A stretch of DNA of 64,000 bases from Acidobacteriota bacterium (GTDB lineage: Bacteria; Acidobacteriota; UBA890; WLXD01), in contig CBDBHB010000009.1 of NCBI GenBank assembly GCA_965205505.1, positions 2,816,001 to 2,880,000 on the forward strand, read 5' to 3'. The stretch's first letter is position 1, and every line of letters starts with the position of its first letter. This document shows, piece by piece, positions 1 to 8,195 of the stretch. The notes beneath the pieces are model-generated. The model was not told the origin of the DNA and made no database searches. It saw nothing but the letters and a program-made list of their open reading frames with translations. Made by a program: the position numbers and the translations under genes.

Positions 1-924
1 CTCGCGGTGCACGGCGGTGCCTGGAATGTCCCCGACGGCGTGGTCCATCAACACCTCGTCGGCGTCGCCGAGGCGTTGCGCGATGCTTGGCGGATGCTAC
101 GCGCGGGCGCCGGATCGGTGGACGTCGTCGAGCACGCTGTTCGCCTGCTTGAAAACGACCCGGTGTTCAATGCCGGCAAGGGATCGCATCTGAATCAGTT
201 GGGCCGTGTCGAGCTCGACGCGTCAATCATGGAGGGCGAGGGCCTTGAGGCCGGAGCGGTGGCGGCGGTGCAGGGAGTGTGCAACCCGGTCACGCTGGCG
301 CGTCGTGTGATGGACGCATCGCCGCACGTGTTGCTCGTAGGATCGGGCGCTCGTCGCTTTGCCGAGGAACACGGGGTGCCGCTGTGTCGTGCGCGCGATC
401 TGCTCGTTGGCCGAGCACGGGAGCAATACTTGCGCATACGCGCCGGCGAGACGGCGCTAGTTGACGAGGAGTTCGCCCCTGGCCCCGACGATCATATGGG
501 CACCGTGGGCGCGGTCTCCCGAGATCGTGATGGTCTGATCGCCGCCGCCACGTCGACCGGAGGCACGCTCGACAAGTACCCGGGGAGGGTAGGGGATTCG
601 CCGCTCATCGGGGCCGGGACGTATGCCGACTCGCGCCATGGTGGCGCCTCATCCACCGGATGGGGGGAAGGGATAGTGCGCGTCGTGATGGCGAAGGCGG
701 CGGTTAGCTGCTTGGCATCGGGATACGATGCGGCTGCCGCAGCCCGCGCTGCCCTTGCCGACCTGGAACGCGTCGACGGTCGGGGCGGGCTCATCGTCGT
801 GGATCGTGCCGGGTCCGCCGCAGCGGTTTTCAATACACCACGAATGGCCCGAGGAATGGCCACGATGGTGAGTGGCCTGCGAGTCGGTGTCGATGCGACG
901 CTGGAGGCCTGCAGCGCAGATTGA
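1..924 (+). CDS. iaaA: Isoaspartyl peptidase/L-asparaginase (Ntn hydrolase), 5' end probably outside the window
   Basis: HGGA at the N-terminus, FNAG.G, GTVG nucleophile site, TSTGG and GRVGDSP motifs; frame open from base 1. Confidence 0.9.
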   Translation, partial: LAVHGGAWNVPDGVVHQHLVGVAEALRDAWRMLRAGAGSVDVVEHAVRLLENDPVFNAGKGSHLNQLGRVELDASIMEGEGLEAGAVAAVQGVCNPVTLARRVMDASPHVLLVGSGARRFAEEHGVPLCRARDLLVGRAREQYLRIRAGETALVDEEFAPGPDDHMGTVGAVSRDRDGLIAAATSTGGTLDKYPGRVGDSPLIGAGTYADSRHGGASSTGWGEGIVRVVMAKAAVSCLASGYDAAAAARAALADLERVDGRGGLIVVDRAGSAAAVFNTPRMARGMATMVSGLRVGVDATLEACSAD

Positions 925-1036
925 CGCCGAGCGTCGTGCGCTCTTTTGGTACGCGGCGTCCCACAAACGAACACCTCATCGACGCCAGATGTCTACCGCC
1001 GCACAATCACGCCAGGGGAGTTTGGCACCGGCACGC

Positions 1037-1051
1037 TGGCACAGAGCTTGC
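1037..1051 (+). promoter_or_regulatory. Sigma-54 (-24/-12) promoter upstream of the TolC gene
   Basis: Exact TGGCAC-N5-TTGC (TGGCACAGAGCTTGC). Confidence 0.6.
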
Positions 1052-1055
1052 TGTT

Positions 1056-1147
1056 CTATCAGGCCGTGGTGGAAGTGTGGCGGGCCTGCGACAGGGTCTT
1101 GCGAGCTGAAGGCAAGGAGAAAGGAGGAGGCGACCACGGCCTGCTAG
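1056..1147. mobile_element. Truncated CTAG-bounded MITE-like element, terminal type 1
   Basis: CTAtCAGGCCGTGGTGGAAGTGTGG...ACCACGGCCTGCTAG; interior matches the reverse complement of about 13600-13645. Confidence 0.75.
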
Positions 1148-1184
1148 TCACTCACGCCACCTGGCGAATTGAACGACCCCTCGC

Positions 1185-2885
1185 TTGGAGCCGATGATGT
1201 CCATGAACTCGAATCGCTGTTTCGCGACGATGCTGGGCTCTCTGTTTCTTCTAGTGCCCGCAATCGCCACCGCAACCCCCCAATCGGTGACTCCGACGGC
1301 CGTGCTGTCGGCCGACATCGCACCCCAGCCGGTGTCGAACGAAGCGCTTGCGGCGACGCAGGGACCGGAGGAGGCAAAGGTTCTGGAGCTGTCGCTTCGC
1401 CAGGTTGTCGAGCTGGCGCTGCGCCACAATCTCCAGGTGCGCATCGCGTCACTCAACCCAGACCTGACGGAAGAGCAGATCCGTTTCGCACGGTCGAGAT
1501 TCGACCCCGTATTCGTGTTCAATCTGCCGCAGCAGTTCAACCGATCGACTCAGCCGACAGCCTCAGTGCTTGGCGGGGCCGACGTGCTCACGCAAGAATC
1601 AATCGTGGCTGGGTTCAGCGTGTCGGCGAACACCTCGTTCGGTCTCGGGTGGTCGGTCTCGGGTAACGCATCACGGCTGGTCACCAACAACGAATTTTCG
1701 ACCTTCAACCCGCAATACACCACGAGCATGACGCTGTCCGTGCGGCAGCCGCTGCTGCGCAACTTCGGCCGCACAGCGAACCGACAGCAGCTGCTCGTGG
1801 CACAGAACGACTTTTCGGTAAGTCGCCACCAATTCGGTCAGCAACTACAGCAACAGATCGCGCAGGTGATCATCGCGTACTGGAATCTGGTATCGGCGTA
1901 CCGTTTCGTCGACATCGCCGAGCAGAGCCTCGAGCTGGCGCTGGAGCAACTCGACCGCAACAACACGATGGTGCGCATCGGTACGCTGGCCGCGGTCGAC
2001 GTGATTCAGACGGAGCAACAAGCGGCAGACGCCCAGCTCACGTTGATCCAATCGCAGATCGCGCTGCAGAACCAACAGGATCAGGTGAAGTCTCTGCTCA
2101 ACCTCGACTCGGTGGTGGCCGAAGGGTGGACTGTAGAGATCGTTCCCACTGACGAGCCGGCCAGGAACGCACCCGAGATCGACATGGAACTAGCAGTTGC
2201 GGAGGCGCTGCAGAAGAGCCCGCTCATCCGGCTCGACCGGGTGAACGTCGAGAGCCGAAAAATCGACCTCGGGGCGGCGCGCAACGGTGTACTGCCGCAG
2301 CTCGACTTCGTCGCCAGCGGTACTCTTAGCGGGTTGGGTGGCGATCAGATCTTTCGCTCCGGCGGCATTTTCGGGAGCGGCGGCGTGGTTGAGGTTCAGG
2401 AGGGCGGACTGTCCAACTCGCTGAGGCAATTGCTATCGGGTGACTTTCGCAATTGGTCGCTCGGGATCCAGGTGTCGTTTGCGGTGCGCAACGACGCAGC
2501 GCGCGCTCAGCATGCTCAAGCGTCTATTCGTGAGATGCAGGCGATGACCCAGCTCCAGGACCGGCAGGTTCAGATCCGCCTGGCCGTTCAGCAGGCGGCC
2601 AGGAACGTGACCGGGGGCGTGCAGCAAGTGAATGCGGCGCAGAACGCGCTGGCCTTGGCGGAGCGCCAGTACGCGGCAGAGCTACGGCGCTTCGAAGCGG
2701 GAATCACCTCCACCTTCCAGGTGCTCAACTTCCAGCGCCAGCTCACGCTGGCACGGTCACGGCAATTGGTGTCGCTGATCGGCCTCAACTTGTCGCTAGC
2801 GAACCTGGAGTTCAATAAGGGAACGCTGCTCCAGCAATTCGGCATCGAGATCGAAGACGCCGGTACTGGCGGACCGATGATGTGA
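1185..2885 (+). CDS. TolC family outer membrane efflux protein
   Basis: Signal peptide, LSL..VV..AL.HN, two OEP-like repeats (AYWNL, R..AG..S). Confidence 0.85.
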   Translation: MEPMMSMNSNRCFATMLGSLFLLVPAIATATPQSVTPTAVLSADIAPQPVSNEALAATQGPEEAKVLELSLRQVVELALRHNLQVRIASLNPDLTEEQIRFARSRFDPVFVFNLPQQFNRSTQPTASVLGGADVLTQESIVAGFSVSANTSFGLGWSVSGNASRLVTNNEFSTFNPQYTTSMTLSVRQPLLRNFGRTANRQQLLVAQNDFSVSRHQFGQQLQQQIAQVIIAYWNLVSAYRFVDIAEQSLELALEQLDRNNTMVRIGTLAAVDVIQTEQQAADAQLTLIQSQIALQNQQDQVKSLLNLDSVVAEGWTVEIVPTDEPARNAPEIDMELAVAEALQKSPLIRLDRVNVESRKIDLGAARNGVLPQLDFVASGTLSGLGGDQIFRSGGIFGSGGVVEVQEGGLSNSLRQLLSGDFRNWSLGIQVSFAVRNDAARAQHAQASIREMQAMTQLQDRQVQIRLAVQQAARNVTGGVQQVNAAQNALALAERQYAAELRRFEAGITSTFQVLNFQRQLTLARSRQLVSLIGLNLSLANLEFNKGTLLQQFGIEIEDAGTGGPMM

Positions 2886-3007
2886 TCGCGCTCGGCACCC
2901 GTCCAGCAGGTTCCGTTGGCGCCGCCTGACCCGCCTGCCGATCAGTTGCCGCCCCGTTAGCGTTGCAAGAGCGGCAAGTCTGGGTGGCACGCGCAGAGGA
3001 GGCGGAT

Positions 3008-3382
3008 TCAGAACGGCAAGTCTCCCTCGTCGAGGCCGAAGTGGTGACCGATCTCGTGCAGCAGCGTCTCGCGCACGATCTGCGCGATCTCGCCGCGGTG
3101 ACGCGCCTCCCGTAGCGTAGGGCCACGGAAGATCACGATACGGTCGGGAAGGTCCCACCCACCGCTGTCGCGCACGCTCTGAGGCGTGCCTTGGTACAGA
3201 CCCAACAGGTCTTGGTCATCGTCGTCTGGATGGATCCCGACCCCGGCAAGCTCTTCCGCATCAGGCTCGTCCTCGATCACGATCGCGACGTTGTCGAGAC
3301 GGTTGGCCCACTCCGGTGGCAGGCTCGCCAGAGCCTCCTCGACAATGGCCTCGAATCTCGCCAATGAGATCTTCCTGGGCAT
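3008..3382 (-). CDS. Minimal zincin metallopeptidase (Zincin_1/DUF1025)
   Basis: LLGLYQG, PDRIVIFR, HEIGHHFG. Confidence 0.9.
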   Translation of the reverse strand: MPRKISLARFEAIVEEALASLPPEWANRLDNVAIVIEDEPDAEELAGVGIHPDDDDQDLLGLYQGTPQSVRDSGGWDLPDRIVIFRGPTLREARHRGEIAQIVRETLLHEIGHHFGLDEGDLPF

Positions 3383-3421
3383 CGGTTCACGCCTATTGGG
3401 TGCCGTCTATACTGCGCGGCG

Positions 3422-6172
3422 ATGAGTGAAGCGTCCCGTGACTTTATCGAGTCGCTCCATAGCCATGCTACGGCCTACTCGGCGAGGCCGGCGTTTCGGC
3501 TCGCCAGCGAGCGTGGCACCGTGCTGCTTACCTTTGGGGCCCTCGCGGAGCGGGTGCAAAGATTCGGTTCCGCGCTGCTTGCTGCGGGGCTGTGCGATGG
3601 CGAGCGCATTGCCCTCTGCATGGAGAATCGGCCTGCATGGCCGGTGGGCTATCTGTCCACCTGGTACGCCAACGCGACGGTAGTACCGATCGATCCGGCA
3701 CTGGAGCCGCAGGCGATTCGGCGCGTGCTCGAGCATTCAGGCGCGCGACTCGTGCTGACTTCTCACAGATTGGGGCCCAAGTTCGTGGAAGCTTGTGCCG
3801 GGCTCGACGAGCCTCCAGTGTGTCTCGACGTCGATGCCTGCGGCGATCGGCGCTGGGACGGGGAGGCTGAGGAAGATGGACTGTCGACTGCCGCCGGCGA
3901 AGACTGTGGGGCTGCCTGGGACGAATTCGTCGCACAGCATCGCGAGTCTTTCGATTGGGCTCCGCGGCCGGCGACAGGCGTGCCGGCAACCATCATGTAC
4001 ACGTCCGGCACCACAGGGCTACCCAAGGGCGTCGCGTTGTCGCGAGATGCGCTGGCGACCAACATCGAAGCCGCCCTGCGGAGCATTGGACTGACCGAGG
4101 ACGATCACGTACTCGGGGTGTTGCCCTTGTTTCACGCCTTGCCCTTGATGGCCAGCTGTCTGGCTCCTGTCTTCATCGGTGCGCAGGCGACGTTTCTCGC
4201 CGACCTGCATCCGGACCGCATCATCGCCGCGTTTCCGCGCTTCGGAATCACTGCCTTCGCCTGCGTACCGTTGTTCTTCTACCGCTTTCACGATCGGGTC
4301 ATGGGTCGCATCCAAGCGCTGCCGCCACTGCGTCGCCGGTTGGCGCACGTACTCCTCCGGCTGAGCCGTTTCGCCCGCAAGGCGTTGGGAGTGTCGATCG
4401 GGCGTCGGTTGTTCCCAGCCGCGCACGCGCCGTTCGGGGCGCGGCTGCGGATCTTGTTGACGGGAGGTGCGAAGTTCAATGCCCGGGTCTTCCAGGACTT
4501 TCTCGACCTCGGCTTTCCGCTCCTCCAGGGGTACGGGCTTACCGAGGCAACGGCGCTATTGACCATTCTTCCGCCCAACGAACTACGGCCGGACACCGTG
4601 GGCAAAGCGATTGACGGGGTTGAGCTGCGGATCCGTTCGCCAAACGAAGCCGGGGTGGGAGAGATCATGGCGCGCTCGCCGAGCAGGATGATCGGCTACT
4701 ACCGCAATCCCGAGGCCACCGCCGAGGCCTTCCATGGAGATTGGTTGAAGACCGGAGACCTAGGCCGCCTGCTACGGAACGGTCACCTCCAGGTCACCGG
4801 ACGCGCCAAGGACGTGGTAGTGCTCGCCTCCGGTAAGAACATCTACCCGGAGGAGCTGGAGGATTTCTACGGCCAGTCTGAGTTCATCGACGAGATCTGT
4901 ATTCTGGGCATGGAAGATCCTGCCCGCCGCGGTGCCGAGCGCTTGCACGCGGTGGTCGTACCGAACCTCGACCATGCTCGGCGACACGGACACGTAAACA
5001 TCCGCGAGATGGTCATCTGGGAGATAGATGGCGCTGGCCTTCAGCTGCCGGCACCGCAACGCGTCACGAGCCTGGAGGTTCGTACCGATCCGTTGCCGCG
5101 CACTACCACGCGCAAGCTCAAGCGCTTCGAGCTGAAGCGAGAGATCCTGGCACGCGGCGACGTCAGATCGCAGCGTGAGGAGCCAGTTCCCGAGGTAGCG
5201 ATGGATGAGCCTCCGTGGGCTCACGCGGTGCGCAGCATCGTGGCGCGCCATGCGCGGGTGGACGGGGTGGCGCGCACGCAACACCTCGATCTCGATCTCG
5301 GTCTCGAATCGCTCGACCGAATAGAGATTCACACCGAGGTCGCCGAAGCGCTCCGTCTGAATCTACCGCAGCAAGCCGCGGCGGAGGTGCAGACGGTGGG
5401 CGAGTTACTCGACTTGATCGGTACGTACATCGACGGACCGGCACCCGTCGACGGTGCGGCCGTCGATCGCTGGGCGGACGTACTCGCGGGCACACCGCCG
5501 AAGGTTGAGCCCTACCTGCGCAGACGAGCATTCTGGGAGGCCGTGCTGTTCCGTATGTTTCGGATTGCTCGGTGGTGCCTGTCGTGGTGGGGCTTCGAAG
5601 TTCGCGGGCTCGACCGCCTGCCCGAGGACTTTCCGTTCATCCTGGCTCCTAACCACCTGAGCTTCGTGGATCCGTTCCTGCTGGTCGCCGCCTTGCCGCG
5701 CCGCGTTTACCGACGGATCTTCTTCGTCGGCCACAGCGCCTATTTTCGCGGCCTGGTTCTGGGTAGCCTCGCGAGGCTGCTGCGCACCGTTCCGATCGAT
5801 CAGAGCCGTCATCTAGAGCGCGCCATGCAGGCGGCGGCAGAAGGACTCCGGCGTGGCATGGTGTTGGGGATCTTTCCGGAGGGCGGCCGCTCGAGCGATG
5901 GCACGGTGAAGCAGTTTCGTCGTGGAACCGGCATCCTGGCCCGTCATCTAGAGGTACCCGTGGTGCCGGTGGGGCTTTGGGGCAGCTACGAGATGTGGCC
6001 ACGCGACGGAAGCTTCCGGTCGCACGCTACCGCCGTAGTGTTCGGAGAAGCAATGCGACTGCCGCGCGACGCCGACCGCGATTCGCAGGAGCTGTTCATG
6101 CGGGCGTTGCGCGCTCGGGTGATCGATCTGGTGCGTGAGGGAGAAGCGCTCTATTCGCGCAAAAAAAAATGA
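3422..6172 (+). CDS. Long-chain acyl-CoA synthetase / acyl carrier / PlsC acyltransferase fusion
   Basis: YTSGTTGLPKG, GYGLTE and TGDLG adenylation motifs; LGLESLD carrier Ser; NHLSFVD and FPEGGRS acyltransferase motifs. Confidence 0.9.
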   Translation: MSEASRDFIESLHSHATAYSARPAFRLASERGTVLLTFGALAERVQRFGSALLAAGLCDGERIALCMENRPAWPVGYLSTWYANATVVPIDPALEPQAIRRVLEHSGARLVLTSHRLGPKFVEACAGLDEPPVCLDVDACGDRRWDGEAEEDGLSTAAGEDCGAAWDEFVAQHRESFDWAPRPATGVPATIMYTSGTTGLPKGVALSRDALATNIEAALRSIGLTEDDHVLGVLPLFHALPLMASCLAPVFIGAQATFLADLHPDRIIAAFPRFGITAFACVPLFFYRFHDRVMGRIQALPPLRRRLAHVLLRLSRFARKALGVSIGRRLFPAAHAPFGARLRILLTGGAKFNARVFQDFLDLGFPLLQGYGLTEATALLTILPPNELRPDTVGKAIDGVELRIRSPNEAGVGEIMARSPSRMIGYYRNPEATAEAFHGDWLKTGDLGRLLRNGHLQVTGRAKDVVVLASGKNIYPEELEDFYGQSEFIDEICILGMEDPARRGAERLHAVVVPNLDHARRHGHVNIREMVIWEIDGAGLQLPAPQRVTSLEVRTDPLPRTTTRKLKRFELKREILARGDVRSQREEPVPEVAMDEPPWAHAVRSIVARHARVDGVARTQHLDLDLGLESLDRIEIHTEVAEALRLNLPQQAAAEVQTVGELLDLIGTYIDGPAPVDGAAVDRWADVLAGTPPKVEPYLRRRAFWEAVLFRMFRIARWCLSWWGFEVRGLDRLPEDFPFILAPNHLSFVDPFLLVAALPRRVYRRIFFVGHSAYFRGLVLGSLARLLRTVPIDQSRHLERAMQAAAEGLRRGMVLGIFPEGGRSSDGTVKQFRRGTGILARHLEVPVVPVGLWGSYEMWPRDGSFRSHATAVVFGEAMRLPRDADRDSQELFMRALRARVIDLVREGEALYSRKKK

Positions 6173-6456
6173 AGAGCGCGCCGACGATTGTCCCACCTCC
6201 CCGGTCGTAACATTGGCGACGCGCTCCTCAGAGCATTTCCTGGTCTATGCAAGAGGGAGACCCAATCCCGTTTGCTGTGACTCAGTAGGTTAAGAAATGT
6301 ATCGAATTGGTATACGCATCGCAAGACATTTATAATATCTAATAAAACGTTATAACAAGTTTAAATACCTATTAGTAACTAGCACAGGACAAGAAGGGTC
6401 ACAGATTGCGCCTGCTTTCCCGCGGCCGCGGCGATTTTTCCTGCGTCCGAGCGATT

Positions 6457-7455
6457 TCAGTAGGCCGCGCCAACCCCGATGAGCCGGCGCACGCTGCTCA
6501 TTGTCTGGGCCGCGATCTCCGTTGCTCGCTCGGCGCCGGCGCGTAGCGTTGCCGCGATGTCGGCATCGGCGAGCTCTGCTCGTCGCGTGCGTATGGGCTC
6601 CAGAGTGGCCATCAGATGCTCGGCGACGGCGGCTTTCAGATCGCCGTACATGAGCTCTCCCTGCCGCGCCGCGGCGCTCATCTGGTCGGCGAGCGGATCG
6701 GCGTCCAACAATCGCAGGATGCCGAGGAGGTTGATGACACCGGCACTTAGCTCGTCGCCAGCATCGCCACCGCTGTCGGTCACCGCGGAACGGATCTTCT
6801 TGATCGCCGAATCCACTGGCTCCATGACCCCAATGTAGTGCTTGTCGCCCAGGCTCTTGCTCATCTTCTGGGTCGGCGCGGCTAGCGACATGATGCGGCT
6901 GCCAGCAGTGAGAATGGTCTGGACGTCGGGAAAGAACTCGATGCCCACGGTTTGATTGAACCGGCGCGCAATGCCTCGCGTGAGCTCGAGATGCTGAGAC
7001 TGATCGTCGCCGACCGGAACGCCATCGGAGCGGTACAGGAGAATATCCGCGGCTTGCAACACGGGGTAGGTGAACAATCCTGCGTTGACGTAGCCGCTGC
7101 GTTCAGACTTGTCCTTGAACTGCGTCATGCGGCTGAGGTCGCCGTGCGCAGTGAACGCGCTGAAGACCCACGCGAGCTCGGTGTGCTCGGGTACGTGCGA
7201 CTGTACGAAGAGGATCGAGCGCTCGGGGTCGATTCCGCAGGCGATCAGGTCACCCGCAAGCCGTAGCGAGCGTGCGGCAAGGCCGTCGGCGTCGATCTCG
7301 TGGGTGATGGCGTGATAGTCGACCACGCAATAGATGGTCTGTTCGTACTCGTCCTGTAATCGGACCCAATTGCGCACCGCACCGAAGTAGTTCCCGAGAT
7401 GGAGGTCGCCGGTGGGTTGAATTCCGGAGAATATGCGCGATACGGGCAAGTCCAC
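6457..7455 (-). CDS. trpS: Tryptophan--tRNA ligase
   Basis: SGIQPTG, HLGN, YPVLQAADIL, VPVGDDQ.QH, KMSKS; GTG start at 7455 after AGGAG. Confidence 0.96.
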   Translation of the reverse strand: MDLPVSRIFSGIQPTGDLHLGNYFGAVRNWVRLQDEYEQTIYCVVDYHAITHEIDADGLAARSLRLAGDLIACGIDPERSILFVQSHVPEHTELAWVFSAFTAHGDLSRMTQFKDKSERSGYVNAGLFTYPVLQAADILLYRSDGVPVGDDQSQHLELTRGIARRFNQTVGIEFFPDVQTILTAGSRIMSLAAPTQKMSKSLGDKHYIGVMEPVDSAIKKIRSAVTDSGGDAGDELSAGVINLLGILRLLDADPLADQMSAAARQGELMYGDLKAAVAEHLMATLEPIRTRRAELADADIAATLRAGAERATEIAAQTMSSVRRLIGVGAAY

Positions 7456-7489
7456 ACGTTGCTCCTGCCGGGGCCGCCCAGTCCCCGAA

Positions 7490-7681
7490 CGTAGAGAAAG
7501 CCGGGGCGAGCCCGGCTTTCTCCGAGTTTCAACCCGGTGCGGCGGCCAGCTCGGCCGCCGCACCGGTTTCTGAGCAGAGGGATTCCGGTGGGGTGGGCTG
7601 TGGTGGTACCCGGAATCCCTTCAAAGGGCGGGGGTCGGGGGTGGGGGGGGCTGACCATCCCGCCCTCAGCGGCTGGGGCAG
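7490..7681 (-). ncRNA. Putative four-hairpin sRNA or trpS leader with C-rich loops
   Basis: Consecutive hairpins at 7625-7666, 7578-7620, 7534-7566 and 7494-7522, downstream of a sigma-70 promoter. Confidence 0.6.
7494..7522 (-). terminator. Intrinsic terminator-like hairpin
   Basis: 12-bp perfect stem GAGAAAGCCGGG/CCCGGCTTTCTC with a pyrimidine-rich 3' end on the minus strand. Confidence 0.5.
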
Positions 7682-7687
7682 TACAGA

Positions 7688-7716
7688 ATCATAGCCGGCA
7701 CCCCATCATGAGGCAA
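7688..7716 (-). promoter_or_regulatory. Sigma-70-type promoter
   Basis: TTGCCT-N17-TATGAT on the minus strand. Confidence 0.65.
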
Positions 7717-7778
7717 GATAGGATGCCTAGTTTCTCGTTGCCGTGCTACCGTTCGAGTAAGAAAGGGGGTAGGGAGCC

Positions 7779-8153
7779 GTGTCGCACCATCGTTTCCGCA
7801 TATTCTCGCTAGACGAGGCGAATCGGGCGCTACGCCTAGTCAACCAGGTGACCGCGAGCACGCGTCGACGCATGCGCGAGCTGCGCCAGGAGCAGGAATC
7901 CGATCCGTCGGCGGCCGAGCAAGTCGACGCCGAAACTCGACTTGTGCTCGATGAATGGGCGCGCGTGATTCTCGAGATTGGCGGCCAGCCAAAGGGCATC
8001 TTCACGGTGGATTTCCGCAGCCCCGATCCGAATGTGTTGTGGTGCTGGGCACCCGACGAGACCGAGATATCGCACCGGCACTTTACCTGGGAGTCGTTCA
8101 AGGACCGGGTATCGATCGATGCGGCCGACGCCGGATGGCCGGCGCTGAACTAG
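7779..8153 (+). CDS. DUF2203 family protein
   Basis: RIFSLDEAN N-terminus, VDF, WCW..DE.EISH.H...E.F..R pattern. Confidence 0.75.
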   Translation: MSHHRFRIFSLDEANRALRLVNQVTASTRRRMRELRQEQESDPSAAEQVDAETRLVLDEWARVILEIGGQPKGIFTVDFRSPDPNVLWCWAPDETEISHRHFTWESFKDRVSIDAADAGWPALN

Positions 8154-8188
8154 TGCTGCGTACCACTATTTGTGGGGCGTAGCACTAG
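8150..8188. mobile_element. Collapsed MITE-like element, terminal type 2
   Basis: CTAGTGCTGCG...CCACTATTTGTGGGGCGTAGCACTAG, the same ends as 10556-10724. Confidence 0.75.
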
Positions 8189-8195
8189 CCAGCTG

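Noticed and set aside
1306-1317. TGTCGGCCGACA palindrome similar to the parS candidate
   Set aside because: Four bp shorter and inside a CDS; plausible by chance in GC-rich DNA
6325-6352. Possible dif site in the AT-rich island
   Set aside because: Only the ATAA-N6 core matches; no XerD arm (TTATGTTAAAT-like)
7602-7612. GGTGGTACC resembling a T-box antiterminator near trpS
   Set aside because: It is on the plus strand, opposite to trpS, and no Stem I or specifier features are evident
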